Positions 1 through 10,170 of a stretch of DNA of 64,000 nucleotides are shown in pieces; position 1 is the stretch's first letter, and every line of letters starts with the position of its first letter. The position numbers and the translations under genes were made by a program. The stretch lies in IMG/VR virus record IMGVR_UViG_2786546122_000004, positions 3,022 to 67,021 of that record; one strand, given 5' to 3'. Origin of the DNA: a virus. The notes beneath the pieces are model-generated. The model worked only from the letters and a program-made list of their open reading frames with translations. It had not been told where the DNA came from and made no database searches.

Positions 1-985
1 TTATTTCAATAGAATCTTTGATGGTTTCTATGTCACTGTCTAATTTTTCAACACTCGACACAGTAAACTCTATATGAGAATTTCCAAGTGTCTTATATTT
101 CATTGAAAAATCATTGTTGTCATTATTGAATGTCACTTTGAATTTATGAATTTCATCTTTAATCCGTTGTTCATTTTTAAATTGTAGATAATCAGTCTTT
201 AATCCATTGCAACTTTTTTTATTCAATATTGATTCGATGATTTCTTTATCTTGTTCATTAAATGAATCAATAAGCAATACCATTTCTTCAATACTTATTT
301 CATCTTTTTTGTATCTAAGAACGTCTTGCCAAAACCAATCTAATTTTTCAATCCTCATTTTATATTCATTTAATTTGACTGATTTATAGATTTCTTCCTT
401 GTACTGCCCAATGGTTTGATGATACAGATCATTCTTTTTTGTGTATCTGCATTTCCCATCGTAAAATAAAGGAACAAGTGTATAAACTTCACCATTATGT
501 TTAAGCCTTTTTATATCAACTTCCACAATTGTTTTATTTAGCTCTAGCCAATAATCAATATAGTCTTCAACATTCTTCTTATTGCTATATTGCATTTCAA
601 TAATAATCTCTTGGTTACACTCTGTCTTTATGCTTAAGTCGGGGTTGTATTTCCCATTAGAAAGCTTATAAACAGGTTCAATGTTGATTTCTTTACACAC
701 ATATTCAATGACATCATTTGTCTTTATGTAAAATTTGTCACCAGATTCTATGAATTTATTTTTAAACCACCAGTGAACCATTGATTCTGCATGACAACTA
801 GATAAATCAACATGCGCAAAATGAGGTGTTACTTTCTTAGACTCAATTGCTTTTGGGATTAAACTTGATCCACAAATCGGACAGAAAAATGTACTTTTTT
901 TATTAAATTCATTAATTTTGTCAATGGTTATAACTCTATTATCAATATCTCTTGCAAACCACTGTTTTACATTCTCAAAAGACAC
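1..985 (-). CDS. CoiA-like PD-(D/E)xK nuclease-domain protein (3' end runs off window)
   Basis: Manual translation from GTG 985 (RBS AGAGGAGG): FFCPICGSSLIPK...HFAHVDLSSCHAESMVHWWFK...YNPDLSIK...IIIEMQYS; frame open at the segments checked and at base 1; absent from ORF track because no stop is in the window. Confidence 0.65.
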   Translation of the reverse strand, partial: MSFENVKQWFARDIDNRVITIDKINEFNKKSTFFCPICGSSLIPKAIESKKVTPHFAHVDLSSCHAESMVHWWFKNKFIESGDKFYIKTNDVIEYVCKEINIEPVYKLSNGKYNPDLSIKTECNQEIIIEMQYSNKKNVEDYIDYWLELNKTIVEVDIKRLKHNGEVYTLVPLFYDGKCRYTKKNDLYHQTIGQYKEEIYKSVKLNEYKMRIEKLDWFWQDVLRYKKDEISIEEMVLLIDSFNEQDKEIIESILNKKSCNGLKTDYLQFKNEQRIKDEIHKFKVTFNNDNNDFSMKYKTLGNSHIEFTVSSVEKLDSDIETIKDSIEI

Positions 986-1233
986 CGACTCCCCTCCTCT
1001 TTCTTTAATTATTCTTGTCCTTTGCTCAACATATTCATCCCATATAGATCCGTCTATACAATAATTATCTTTCAAACTTTTTAATATTCCTTATAGTCTG
1101 TATCTTCTCCCTTATTGTGTATTTCATTCAAAATCCTCAATAGCTTACCTTCAAGTGTTTCCTTATGTAAATTGAATAAGGTTTCCACTTGTTCTCCACT
1201 AATTTTATTTTTATTCTAAATAAAAGACCGATT

Positions 1234-1911
1234 TTATGTAGTTTTACATGCCAGAAAGACTCTGTTGATTAGCTCAAATACTGAATCCTCACTATCTGGA
1301 TTAAATCTAATTAACTTATAACCTTTTCTTTTTATGTACTCTTCTCTAACCAATTCTTTGTGTTTCGAATAACTTTTATGTCCATGCTCATCACATTCAA
1401 TAGCAACCTTCTCTTCAATGACATAATCAATATAGTAAGTTCCACACTTCACTTGTTCCTCAATACTGAATACGTCTTTAAAAGCTGTACTGATAAACGC
1501 CCCTAACTTTTTCTCTTTTGCTTTATATTCTGCATTACCAATCACTACATCTGTAAATCTTTCTGGTAATTCAAGATGCCCAACGTTTTTCTGAAATTGT
1601 CTTGCGATAATGCTGTTCCGTAAAAGTAATCCTATTCTAAGTAAACCGTATATATTAACTAAGGATAGCCTTCTTACTTTTTTAAATTTGGGCGACTGAA
1701 AAATTGCTGCTTCCTGTTTCAATTTTTTCATTTCAACTGTTCTTATTTCTGAATATTGCTGTATTATTTTCATGTTCCTTTTCAATACTGTCTTAATTGT
1801 ATCTTCAGGGACTTCGAAGTAATCACTTATCATCTGAACAGTGAATTCCTTTGTTGTTAATGACATTTCTATTGATTTAACTTGGTCAAGTATTTGTAGG
1901 TAATTGTCCAT
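1234..1911 (-). CDS. DUF559/Vsr-like endonuclease with N-terminal phage DNA-binding-like region
   Basis: C-terminal EQVKCGTYYIDY...VAIECDEHGH...R...GYKLIRF motif. Confidence 0.75.
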   Translation of the reverse strand: MDNYLQILDQVKSIEMSLTTKEFTVQMISDYFEVPEDTIKTVLKRNMKIIQQYSEIRTVEMKKLKQEAAIFQSPKFKKVRRLSLVNIYGLLRIGLLLRNSIIARQFQKNVGHLELPERFTDVVIGNAEYKAKEKKLGAFISTAFKDVFSIEEQVKCGTYYIDYVIEEKVAIECDEHGHKSYSKHKELVREEYIKRKGYKLIRFNPDSEDSVFELINRVFLACKTT

Positions 1912-1946
1912 CCTCGTCCCCCTTTCTAAATAAAATCAACATTTTA

Positions 1947-2252
1947 TCAATAATAAAACTCCATTAACGCATCTCTTCCTGCTCTGTTCAATAATTCAAT
2001 ATCGAATATTACATCTCTTCCCTTTAATTCGTTGTAATGATAATTAGGGTCATGCTTTTCATTGTAATGAATGAAGGAGACGTTATGAGAAGTATATACG
2101 TCATAACGATTTTTCAAAATAATCAACATTCCATTTATCTCAATTGCTCCGATTGAAACATTGTTTAACATTGTCCTACTGGGTAAAGAATGACGTAGTA
2201 CACTTCTAAGTTCTTCGAATTTTTCACTTCTCTTATAACCATAACTGTTCAT
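1947..2252 (-). CDS. hypothetical phage protein
   Basis: ORF track; RBS AAGGAG upstream. Confidence 0.7.
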   Translation of the reverse strand: MNSYGYKRSEKFEELRSVLRHSLPSRTMLNNVSIGAIEINGMLIILKNRYDVYTSHNVSFIHYNEKHDPNYHYNELKGRDVIFDIELLNRAGRDALMEFYY

Positions 2253-2448
2253 ATTGATCGTGCTCCTTTTCTGTATAAAATTAGAATTTTATTTTCATTA
2301 AATTGAATAACCGCCTCATGCAACACACAAAACAAAAATGGCTGTAATAGACAGGAAAGCTAGTATAAAAATACAACCGTATAAAAACCCATTTAAAAAC
2401 CCATGTGTATACTCTTTTAATTTAATCACCTTCTTTTTAAATTAATGT

Positions 2449-2477
2449 GTATATTTACAAAACATCTCCACACAATA
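2449..2477 (+). promoter_or_regulatory. SigG-type forespore promoter of sspC
   Basis: GTATA-17bp-CACAATA resembles SigG consensus GNATR-17/18-CATWHTA. Confidence 0.6.
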
Positions 2478-2521
2478 CAATTGAACAAGCTTGTTTACAT
2501 ACAACTTTAGGAGATGATTAT

Positions 2522-2734
2522 ATGGCTCAACAAAACAGATCAAACAACAGCAATGAATTACTTGTGCCTCAAGCTGCTGGTGCCCTTGAACAAATGAAGT
2601 ATGAAATTGCTTCTGAGTTCGGTGTGAACTTAGGGCCTGAGACAACTAGCCGAGCAAACGGTTCAGTAGGTGGAGAAATCACAAAACGTTTAGTTCGCCT
2701 AGCCCAACAAAGCATGAATGGCCAATTTCATTAA
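2522..2734 (+). CDS. sspC: alpha/beta-type small acid-soluble spore protein
   Basis: MAQQNRS...[36 protein letters not shown]...GQFH; RBS AGGAGA. Confidence 0.95.
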   Translation: MAQQNRSNNSNELLVPQAAGALEQMKYEIASEFGVNLGPETTSRANGSVGGEITKRLVRLAQQSMNGQFH

Positions 2735-2739
2735 TGTAT

Positions 2740-2765
2740 GAGGGGATTACTCCCCTCTCTTTTTA
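2740..2765 (+). terminator. intrinsic terminator after sspC
   Basis: GAGGGGA-ttac-TCCCCTC followed by T tract. Confidence 0.8.
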
Positions 2766-2814
2766 TGCTCCTCTTCCAAATCCATAAGTACTACTGGCAT
2801 TGTATTCACCTCCT

Positions 2815-3003
2815 TTAGTGAACAAATGTACTTCGTCTAAGCAGCTCGTCTAAAACGATTTGAAGTTTTCTTCTTTGGTCTTTTATGTATGCATTGTTAT
2901 CGGTACGCAATCCATCATTAATTCTATTTTGTATGTCTGTTTTCAGTCTCTCTAAGCTTTCAATTGGTAATTTTTCTAGACTAACTTTATATGATTGATT
3001 CAT
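2815..3003 (-). CDS. hypothetical phage protein (62 aa)
   Basis: ORF track, start reassigned to MNQSY. Confidence 0.6.
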   Translation of the reverse strand: MNQSYKVSLEKLPIESLERLKTDIQNRINDGLRTDNNAYIKDQRRKLQIVLDELLRRSTFVH

Positions 3004-3004
3004 T

Positions 3005-3127
3005 TTAATAGCCCCCAGCAAAAACGAGTGAAATTATCAATAACCAAAAGACTGCTCCAGAAACAGCAAGAAAGCTTTTTGCAATACTCATAAACTCTTG
3101 AAAATCATTCTTCAACGACTCTTTCAC
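3005..3127 (-). CDS. small hydrophobic membrane peptide (40 aa)
   Basis: GTG with RBS AAGGTG; C-terminal TM FLAVSGAVFWLLIISLVFAGG. Confidence 0.5.
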   Translation of the reverse strand: MKESLKNDFQEFMSIAKSFLAVSGAVFWLLIISLVFAGGY

Positions 3128-3160
3128 TGCATCACCTTCTCTTTAAAATACAGATTTCAT

Positions 3161-3226
3161 TTAGATTATATCCAGCGCTCCATCACAGTAAGGACATTTG
3201 CCATTATCCTCTTCGCATGTACACAT
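3161..3226 (-). CDS. 21-aa Cys-rich micropeptide
   Basis: RBS GGAGGTG; MCTCEEDNGKCPYCDGALDII. Confidence 0.4.
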   Translation of the reverse strand: MCTCEEDNGKCPYCDGALDII

Positions 3227-3249
3227 ATATTTCACCTCCGACGTCCTCC

Positions 3250-3603
3250 TCAAATATCATTTAATTGTTGTTTCAGATCAAAGAATTCATCATGAATAAT
3301 TTTAAATTTATCCTTATTTATGTATGCTTTGTCATCATTAAGATTAAAAAGGTCTAAGTACTTTCTTTTATTTCTTCTAATAATTCTTAAAGCAATCGTG
3401 CAGCTAACCCATTCTTCATCTTCCAATTGGGTTAAGACTTCGCTTAATTCGAATAACAATTTAAGCTTCCCTTTGTTTTGCTGAGTTTCAAGTCTTAAAA
3501 GATCTCTCTGTTTTTCAAGTAAAGTCGTTTCTATTTGATATTTCTTTTTCTCCAAGGCTACTAGCTGTTCGTTGGTGCTATGTATTTTGTCTCCTACCTC
3601 CAA
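3250..3603 (-). CDS. yosX: SPbeta YosX-like protein
   Basis: 117 aa; sequence and position as recalled for SPbeta. Confidence 0.6.
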   Translation of the reverse strand: MEVGDKIHSTNEQLVALEKKKYQIETTLLEKQRDLLRLETQQNKGKLKLLFELSEVLTQLEDEEWVSCTIALRIIRRNKRKYLDLFNLNDDKAYINKDKFKIIHDEFFDLKQQLNDI

Positions 3604-3637
3604 TGAATCACCTCCTTAAAGTTTGACAGTTTTTCTT

Positions 3638-3907
3638 CTATTCTGAACCCTTTTTATTACAGTCTAAATGAGATTTAAAACGTTTAACTGCTTCTTCATA
3701 TACAACCAATTTATTCAAATAAACATCAAGACATACTCCATTACCTTGTAACCCATCTGAATCGTATAGGCTGTAATTGTTATTTAACTTGTACTCCAAA
3801 TTGTCCAAAGCGTTACGAATACTTTTTATTTGCTCCTTTAAACGTAATTCAGCCCTTTCTTTTTCTGCCTCAAGTATCATCAGGTTATTGTTAATTTCAT
3901 TTGTCAT
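3638..3907 (-). CDS. hypothetical protein, paralog of 62265..62534
   Basis: Shared ILEAE...SIRN.LDNLE.KL...SDGLQGNG motif. Confidence 0.8.
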   Translation of the reverse strand: MTNEINNNLMILEAEKERAELRLKEQIKSIRNALDNLEYKLNNNYSLYDSDGLQGNGVCLDVYLNKLVVYEEAVKRFKSHLDCNKKGSE

Positions 3908-4011
3908 AAAAAACTCCCCATTCTGAATAAAATATTAGTTTTATCAAAATGCATATTTTTTGTTTTTGTATTTTAAATAAAAAACTGCTATTTCATCAAC
4001 CTCTTGTTATT

Positions 4012-4040
4012 ATATTATACATATTTTTTATTTTTGTCTA
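4012..4040 (-). promoter_or_regulatory. SPBRE-type SigA promoter
   Basis: TAGACA-AAAATAAAAAATATGTA-TAATAT on minus strand. Confidence 0.65.
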
Positions 4041-4549
4041 TATTTATTTTCAAAAGTTAGGAAGGAATAATTGTATTTGTTCTTTTCATCGGCTTCATTA
4101 TGTTGTTTATTAGTCACTTTCCAATGATCATCTAACATTGGGAAATATGAATCTGCTTCATTTGACTCTGAATCAACAATTGTCAAATACACTTTATCAG
4201 CGTAGGGCAAGAATGCTTTGTAAATCATACTTCCCCCTATCACCATCACTTCCTCATCAGTGTTAACTTGACCTTGAATGAGCTTTAAGACCTCCTCAAT
4301 TGAATGATACACAAAGGATGAATAATCTGGCTTAAAGTTCTGATCCCTAGTAAGTATAATATTCCTTCTATTCTGTAGAGGCTTACCTGTCATACCGATA
4401 ATTGATTCGTATGTTGATCTTCCTTGAATACATATTTTCCCCTCAGTTTTTTCTTTGAAATGTTTCATGTCAGCAGGCACATGATACAGTAATTTGTTTT
4501 GATGTCCAATGGCCAGAGTTTTATCACAGCAAGCAATAAGAGATAGCAT
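4028..4549 (-). CDS. dfrA: dihydrofolate reductase
   Basis: LIACCDKTLAIG...LPNRRN-like LQNRRNIIL, VMVIGGSMIY, ADSYFP; TAATG overlap with thyA. Confidence 0.95.
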   Translation of the reverse strand: MLSLIACCDKTLAIGHQNKLLYHVPADMKHFKEKTEGKICIQGRSTYESIIGMTGKPLQNRRNIILTRDQNFKPDYSSFVYHSIEEVLKLIQGQVNTDEEVMVIGGSMIYKAFLPYADKVYLTIVDSESNEADSYFPMLDDHWKVTNKQHNEADEKNKYNYSFLTFENKYRQK

Positions 4550-5388
4550 TAAACCGCTACCTCAAATAAAAGCTTGTCCCCATGTTTATAGTTGATTAAC
4601 TTGAAATCATCAATGGTAAAGTTATAAAAATCTTTCACTTCAGGATTGATCCATAGTTCAGGTGCTTCAAACTGTTCTCTTTCCATTTGGATTTTCAAAT
4701 TGCTTATATGACGGGTGTACACATGGCAATCCCCAATGTTAAAGATATATTCACCAAGCTCATAACCTGTGACTTGAGCAATCATGCGCTGCAACACATT
4801 ATACTGAAATACATTGAATGGATTTCCCAACGCCATATCATTGCTCCGTGCTCTTACCTCCAGATGGAGTTTCCCTTGTTTAACGTACCATTGGGTCTCG
4901 TATACACATGGTGTTAAGGCCATTGAGTCTAATTCATCAGGATTCCAAAGCATTGTAATGTGCCTCCGTGAAGATGGGTTGTTTTTCAATTGATGCAGAA
5001 GATAATCAACCTGATCCACTTTTTCTCCATTTAGATTTCTGTTTTTCTTGCTCAACTGAAATCCATAAGCATTTCCGATGGTGCCGTCTTCTTGCTTCCA
5101 TTGATCCCAGATATGTACACCCATTTTATTTAATTCTGTAACATCGTTCGATTTCAGCTGCCAAATCCAGAGCAACTCTTTAATGGCTGTTTTCCAGGCA
5201 ACCTTTTTTGTCGTTAAAATAGGAACCTCTGAGTTGTCAAACCTCATTTGCTTACTAATCACGCTTAGTGTATGAGCCGGTGTTCCATCAGAGTCCCACT
5301 TGGTTCTTACATTAAATTCTTCGTCTGAGATTCCATTATTTATAATGTCATTTATAATTGAGTTGTATTGTTTATCGAATTGAGTCAT
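4549..5388 (-). CDS. thyA: thymidylate synthase (thyP3/ThyA type)
   Basis: SSRRHITMLWN, LTPCVYETQ, RSNDMALGNPFN motifs; 279 aa. Confidence 0.97.
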   Translation of the reverse strand: MTQFDKQYNSIINDIINNGISDEEFNVRTKWDSDGTPAHTLSVISKQMRFDNSEVPILTTKKVAWKTAIKELLWIWQLKSNDVTELNKMGVHIWDQWKQEDGTIGNAYGFQLSKKNRNLNGEKVDQVDYLLHQLKNNPSSRRHITMLWNPDELDSMALTPCVYETQWYVKQGKLHLEVRARSNDMALGNPFNVFQYNVLQRMIAQVTGYELGEYIFNIGDCHVYTRHISNLKIQMEREQFEAPELWINPEVKDFYNFTIDDFKLINYKHGDKLLFEVAV

Positions 5389-5463
5389 TTAAAATTAACT
5401 TCCTTTCATTTACACACTTTGGTAAGATATTCTTAGTTATAAATTGGAAAGGGATGGTCAGTT

Positions 5464-6069
5464 ATGCCTGTTTATAAGTATAAGCCGGAGTTTGTTAGCG
5501 AAGTTATTGAGTGTAAAACTGAAAGATTAACAGATTCCATCGAAGCTAGGTACTGTTTATCGATAAAGTTAAACAACTCTTTAGACTCCTCTTTTGTTTA
5601 TATAATGTTAAATCCAAGTATGGCAGGCAGGGATATTTCTGACCTAACCATAAACAAGCTTTGTAAATTCAGCCACACCCTTAACGAAGTAGGTACAATA
5701 CATATTGCCAATCTGTATCCCTTTTATGAAACCAATTCTACAATGTTATCTTCTCTAATTAAAAACTTACAACACGAAAATACAAATTTATTTGATACAG
5801 TAATGGCAACTAATCGGCAGGTATTGAGCTCCCTTGTAAGAGACTCAAAAAAAGTCGTCTTGGCTTGGGGAGATTGCCCTGATTTATTTGATAGGCAATT
5901 CCATAAAAAACAATGTAATGACTTTATGTTGTTGCTTAAAGAAGCGAATCAAAATCAGGTTTATGTAATAAAAACTCATTTTGACAAGCTTCTAACTGTG
6001 AAAAACTCTCCAAGACATCCTTCAAGACCTATGCTAAAAGGGCTTGAGCCGTATAATGAGTGCAGCTAA
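5464..6069 (+). CDS. DUF1643 family protein
   Basis: YIMLNPS.A...D.TI, IANLYP, VVLAWG, PRHPS motifs. Confidence 0.8.
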   Translation: MPVYKYKPEFVSEVIECKTERLTDSIEARYCLSIKLNNSLDSSFVYIMLNPSMAGRDISDLTINKLCKFSHTLNEVGTIHIANLYPFYETNSTMLSSLIKNLQHENTNLFDTVMATNRQVLSSLVRDSKKVVLAWGDCPDLFDRQFHKKQCNDFMLLLKEANQNQVYVIKTHFDKLLTVKNSPRHPSRPMLKGLEPYNECS

Positions 6070-6077
6070 ACACAATT

Positions 6078-6491
6078 TCACATTATATGAAAAATAATAC
6101 TCAAAGCAAAGATAAGGTTCCCAAAGACATAAGCCAAATAAATATACCTACTATGGCTCACTGTTTCGCCCTCCAACACGTCTAAAACCTTAAACATGCT
6201 TAGGACTGTGTATATAACTGACAATGCTGTCCAACAGAGTATAAGGATATTTTCATGCATGATTAAACCGTTATATGCCAAGGGGATGATTAAAGAACTC
6301 CCCTTAAGCAAAGTAAACAGGTAAATTAAATTCTTATTTCGTTTCGCATCTTCTGGAGTTGAATTATCAAGTACACTCTTTACTTTTATATACGTATTGC
6401 TTTCCCCTCGCATAATCAACCTGACCTCATTAATGTTTAATACAATTAGATAAGCTGATAGAAATAAAGTTACATATGTTATAGTCAACAT
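6078..6491 (-). CDS. multi-pass membrane protein
   Basis: ORF track; about 4 hydrophobic segments. Confidence 0.7.
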   Translation of the reverse strand: MLTITYVTLFLSAYLIVLNINEVRLIMRGESNTYIKVKSVLDNSTPEDAKRNKNLIYLFTLLKGSSLIIPLAYNGLIMHENILILCWTALSVIYTVLSMFKVLDVLEGETVSHSRYIYLAYVFGNLIFALSIIFHIM

Positions 6492-6561
6492 CTCCTAATT
6501 TTATATTTGTGTTGGGTTGGCTTTTACTCACCCTCAAACTCTATACCGTTAATATTTGCTT

Positions 6562-6855
6562 TTATTCAAATAGCTCCCCTTTAAAACCATTCACTTGATC
6601 AACAATACTTTCTTTGATTGCATGTGGTAACTGATCAATCCCTTTTACAATCCGTTTCTGACCAGTTTTCCTGATTTTTGCAGTCATCTCTTTAAAACAC
6701 TCTAAAGCAGTATCTGAGATTTCATCATATAGCCCCTGAATTTTCACTAATACACTTAAATATTCTTCGTCACTTTCTTCAAATAGTGCCAATCCCTCTT
6801 CAAGTTTATTGATCTTTTCAATACTCTTTATTATTTTATTTTTATCCTTTAACAA
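6562..6855 (-). CDS. yosV: YosV-like hypothetical protein
   Basis: 97 aa; recalled sequence and synteny. Confidence 0.55.
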   Translation of the reverse strand: MLKDKNKIIKSIEKINKLEEGLALFEESDEEYLSVLVKIQGLYDEISDTALECFKEMTAKIRKTGQKRIVKGIDQLPHAIKESIVDQVNGFKGELFE

Positions 6856-7180
6856 TTAATCACCCACCTATTTTAATTATGTTCGATCATCTTCAAGAAA
6901 TTAGACGCTGCCTTTTTATATCTCAGATCTTTTTCATACTCAGCAACTTGTCTCATATGCTCAATAAATTCATCTTCAAGTCCTCGTAACGAAGAAATCC
7001 AAAACAAAGACCGTTCCTATACAGCATGTCATCATATTTTGCTTGTAAAGCTCTTTCTTTGTTGTTAATGATCTCTTTCCTCCTTATTGATTTAGATAAA
7101 AGTATTCTTTTATTGAAATCAGATCTCTCCTTTTCCCTATTTATGTTAAAATGAGTTAAAAAGGAAATTGTGGTGTATTT

Positions 7181-7795
7181 ATGCTCGACTCAGCTTTTCT
7201 CTTGCCATACTTAATGGTTCTTTATTTTTGCTTTATATTTTATAGACTCATAAGACAAGTCCTTTACAAAAAAGGCCGCCTACCCATACATAAACATATT
7301 GTTATCTTTTGTTTATTGGTTTACTTTTTCAACTTGATAAGTGTTACATTATTCCCTATTCCAATAGATACTGTTTTAATTAAGGATATGAGGGATGACA
7401 CTTATATCCCTTTTGTATCAGGAAATAACTTTATCCCGTTTTACTTTTTTGTAGACATTTATCATGAAGGTCTTCAACCCTATGTAATTAGATCAATTGG
7501 AGGAAACCTAATATTATTAATGCCAGTTGGCTTGTTGTTTCCTCTTTTATTTAATAAGTTAAATGTAAAAAGGATTTTGCTAACTGGATTTTTCATATCT
7601 TTGTTTATTGAATTAATACAGCTTTCGTTTTCAGTGTATATAGGAACAATTTACAGAAGTTTTGATGTAGATGATTTAATTCTTAACACTCTAGGTACTT
7701 TAATAGGGTATTGGTTCTTTTACATCTTAAGGATGCTTTATGGAAAATTGAATTGTCGTATTAAAAAGAACTCTTCATCAATAAACATTGAATAA
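7181..7795 (+). CDS. VanZ family membrane protein
   Basis: NFIPF, GNLILLMPVG, SLFIELIQL, RSFDVDDLILNTLG motifs. Confidence 0.9.
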   Translation: MLDSAFLLPYLMVLYFCFIFYRLIRQVLYKKGRLPIHKHIVIFCLLVYFFNLISVTLFPIPIDTVLIKDMRDDTYIPFVSGNNFIPFYFFVDIYHEGLQPYVIRSIGGNLILLMPVGLLFPLLFNKLNVKRILLTGFFISLFIELIQLSFSVYIGTIYRSFDVDDLILNTLGTLIGYWFFYILRMLYGKLNCRIKKNSSSINIE

Positions 7796-7888
7796 TTTAT
7801 GCATTCTCTCATATGATAATATGTACCTTGGCTGAAACCTCCATTGTTCAGATCACAGCATGAATACAGCCAAGGTTTTTAATTTTAC

Positions 7889-8317
7889 TTACTTCGTCCC
7901 CGTTGAACCGTGTCCGCCACGATCTTCATTCCCCAAGTGCTCAACCTCTACCAATTCAACTGCCGGCATTTTCTTAATAATTCTAAATTGACAAATCCGA
8001 TCTCCCTTTTTAATCTCAGTATTACGTAATGCATAAGCAGGAAAGAACCAAAAATCGTTGTCTCCCTTGTACGACTCATCAATAACACCCATTGAATTTG
8101 TTTGAATAACGCCAAAGTTCTTATATGTGCTCGACCGAGGAACGACATGTGCTTCGTAACCTTCAGGCAGCTCCATTGCTACACCTAGTGGGACAAGCTT
8201 AAATTCATCTTTTTTGATTGTTACATCTTCAGCTGCACGAAGATCGATCCAGTCTCCCTGCTCAATTTTGCTGATTCTTGTTTGTGTTTCATCTAAGTAT
8301 TTGATTTTAATTTGCAT
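7889..8317 (-). CDS. yosS: trimeric dUTPase
   Basis: [27 protein letters not shown] motifs; 142 aa. Confidence 0.95.
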   Translation of the reverse strand: MQIKIKYLDETQTRISKIEQGDWIDLRAAEDVTIKKDEFKLVPLGVAMELPEGYEAHVVPRSSTYKNFGVIQTNSMGVIDESYKGDNDFWFFPAYALRNTEIKKGDRICQFRIIKKMPAVELVEVEHLGNEDRGGHGSTGTK

Positions 8318-8367
8318 TGTTATGTAATATAGCTCCTTTTAATTTAAGTTTGTTTAAAATTACCCTT

Positions 8368-8610
8368 TTATCGTAATTCCTTTAGTAACTCATCAAGTTC
8401 ATTAGGCTTAAAACCAACACTTCGTTTTACTTCTTCTCCTTGATCATTCAGCAAAATGGTTGCCGGTACTCCCATGACACCAAATCTTGCTGCTACTTCT
8501 GGTTCCTGTGTAACGTCCACTGTCTCAAAATGAATATCTGCTTGTTCTAAGTAATTGGAAACCATTTTACATGGATTGCAATTAGGCTGCTCTAATTTAA
8601 TCAATCTCAC
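8368..8610 (-). CDS. yosR: thioredoxin/NrdH-like redoxin
   Basis: CNPC active site, GVPA; GTG start gives 80 aa. Confidence 0.9.
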   Translation of the reverse strand: MRLIKLEQPNCNPCKMVSNYLEQADIHFETVDVTQEPEVAARFGVMGVPATILLNDQGEEVKRSVGFKPNELDELLKELR

Positions 8611-9611
8611 TGAATACACCCTTTCTCGGTAAAAATAAAATCAGAATCCTTTAATGGTTCAACCGTGGCTTTTTTGTACCCGTTTCCTTTAGTTGAAAAG
8701 AAGTCATGGGATTTAGTCTTAGTGCTCAAACCATTGATAACAATTGGATTAACATCCTCTTCTTCAAACCAATGATCAAAGCCCAGATTGTTTAAAGCTT
8801 TATTTGCGTTGTATCTGATGAATTTCTTTACATCTGGAGCTAATCCAACCTGATCATAAACATCTTCTGTATACTCCAGTTCATTTTCATAAAGCTCCTG
8901 CAGTAAACTTAAAGCCCATGCATGCAGTTCTTTTTGCTTCAGAGGAGTTTGTTTCTTATATATCTCCTGTGCTAATAAACCGATGTAAACGCCGTGTATC
9001 GCTTCGTCACGGATAATTAAATTTACAATTTCCCCGCTCTGCATAAGTTTTCCTTGTCCGTAAAAGTAAAGTGGATAATAAAACCCTGAGTAGAAAAGGA
9101 AACTCTCCAGAAAAACAGATGAAACCATTGCTTTGAATAAAGAAATTTCATCGTTTTTCTTGATTGATTTATAGACTGAAACAATTGTTCTAGCCTTCTT
9201 TTGAAGAAACCTATTGTTTTTCACCCATTCAAAGACTTCATTTATCTGCTCAGTTGGAGCTAATGTAAGAAAAATGTTGCTGTAAGACTTTGCATGAACA
9301 GCATTTTCCATCATAGCCATGAAATTTAAAACTGCCTTTCTTTGATGCCCATCTACATGTTCCGCAATTATAGGCATGCCTGTGTTGCCTTGTTCTGTAT
9401 CCAACAACGTCAACCCAGCTAAGACTTTCATATAAGTGTCCTGCTCGTTTTTTCCGAGGTACTTCCATGTGAGGAGATCGCCGTTTAAAGCAATCTCTTC
9501 CGGAAGCCAGAACTGCTTCACGTTTTGGTTATAGAACATTTGGGTAAAATCGTCTTCATGCTTTGACCAGTTTGCTGCAGTATACAGCTTGTTTTCGTTG
9601 AGTTGTGACAA
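8607..9611 (-). CDS. nrdF: class Ib ribonucleotide reductase beta subunit, intronless
   Basis: [30 protein letters not shown] ligand motifs in one continuous ORF. Confidence 0.97.
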   Translation of the reverse strand: MSQLNENKLYTAANWSKHEDDFTQMFYNQNVKQFWLPEEIALNGDLLTWKYLGKNEQDTYMKVLAGLTLLDTEQGNTGMPIIAEHVDGHQRKAVLNFMAMMENAVHAKSYSNIFLTLAPTEQINEVFEWVKNNRFLQKKARTIVSVYKSIKKNDEISLFKAMVSSVFLESFLFYSGFYYPLYFYGQGKLMQSGEIVNLIIRDEAIHGVYIGLLAQEIYKKQTPLKQKELHAWALSLLQELYENELEYTEDVYDQVGLAPDVKKFIRYNANKALNNLGFDHWFEEEDVNPIVINGLSTKTKSHDFFSTKGNGYKKATVEPLKDSDFIFTEKGCIQ

Positions 9612-9728
9612 AAATGTGACCTCCTAAATATTTTTTCCTCCCTCACCACCTGTAAAAAGAAGGGAATATTTTATAAATGTTGTAAATTTTATAATGCAAC
9701 ATATTCACTATTAAGGGAGGAATAAAAA

Positions 9729-10160
9729 ATGAAAAAGAAATTTATTGCTGGTGCTTTAGTTTTAGGTCTAATACCTACTATTGGTAGTACTGCTGTTTCA
9801 GCAAAGTCGATTCAAAATCCTGTGAAAGTCATAAATCCTTTAGAAGATCCTAGATGTGACCGTGGCACTTTAATTTGTGAAACTGGTTATTTTACAGCTG
9901 CAGGAAACTTATATTTCGATTATTTTGGAAGTGAAGACGACAAAATCAGAGTTTACATTGCAAATGATGGAGACTACCCTTTTGAGTACAGAATTACGAA
10001 CCCTGACGGCAAGAGAATAGCAGACGGTATTACAGTGAAACCAGGAAAGTTCAAAGAAACAACCTTTTACGTAAAAGATATAGAAGGTACTTATAAAGTC
10101 CGTGTAACAAATAAAGATGGTGAAGATATCCAAGCATTTGTTAAAGCAAGAGGACTTTAA
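9729..10160 (+). CDS. secreted protein inserted between nrdE and nrdF
   Basis: RBS AAGGGAGG; signal peptide MKKKFIAGALVLGLIPTIGSTAVSA. Confidence 0.85.
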   Translation: MKKKFIAGALVLGLIPTIGSTAVSAKSIQNPVKVINPLEDPRCDRGTLICETGYFTAAGNLYFDYFGSEDDKIRVYIANDGDYPFEYRITNPDGKRIADGITVKPGKFKETTFYVKDIEGTYKVRVTNKDGEDIQAFVKARGL

Positions 10161-10170
10161 TTTAGAACGC

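Noticed and set aside
1009-1188. Upstream extension of the CoiA-like gene via a frameshift near 1085
   Set aside because: A 35-aa ORF and an in-frame extension both exist, but the strong RBS at GTG 985 explains the gene without invoking a frameshift.
6873-7120. Possible frameshifted gene of about 82 codons next to vanZ
   Set aside because: Two open halves are offset by one base, but there is no start codon and no homolog I can confidently name, so it is too weak to call.
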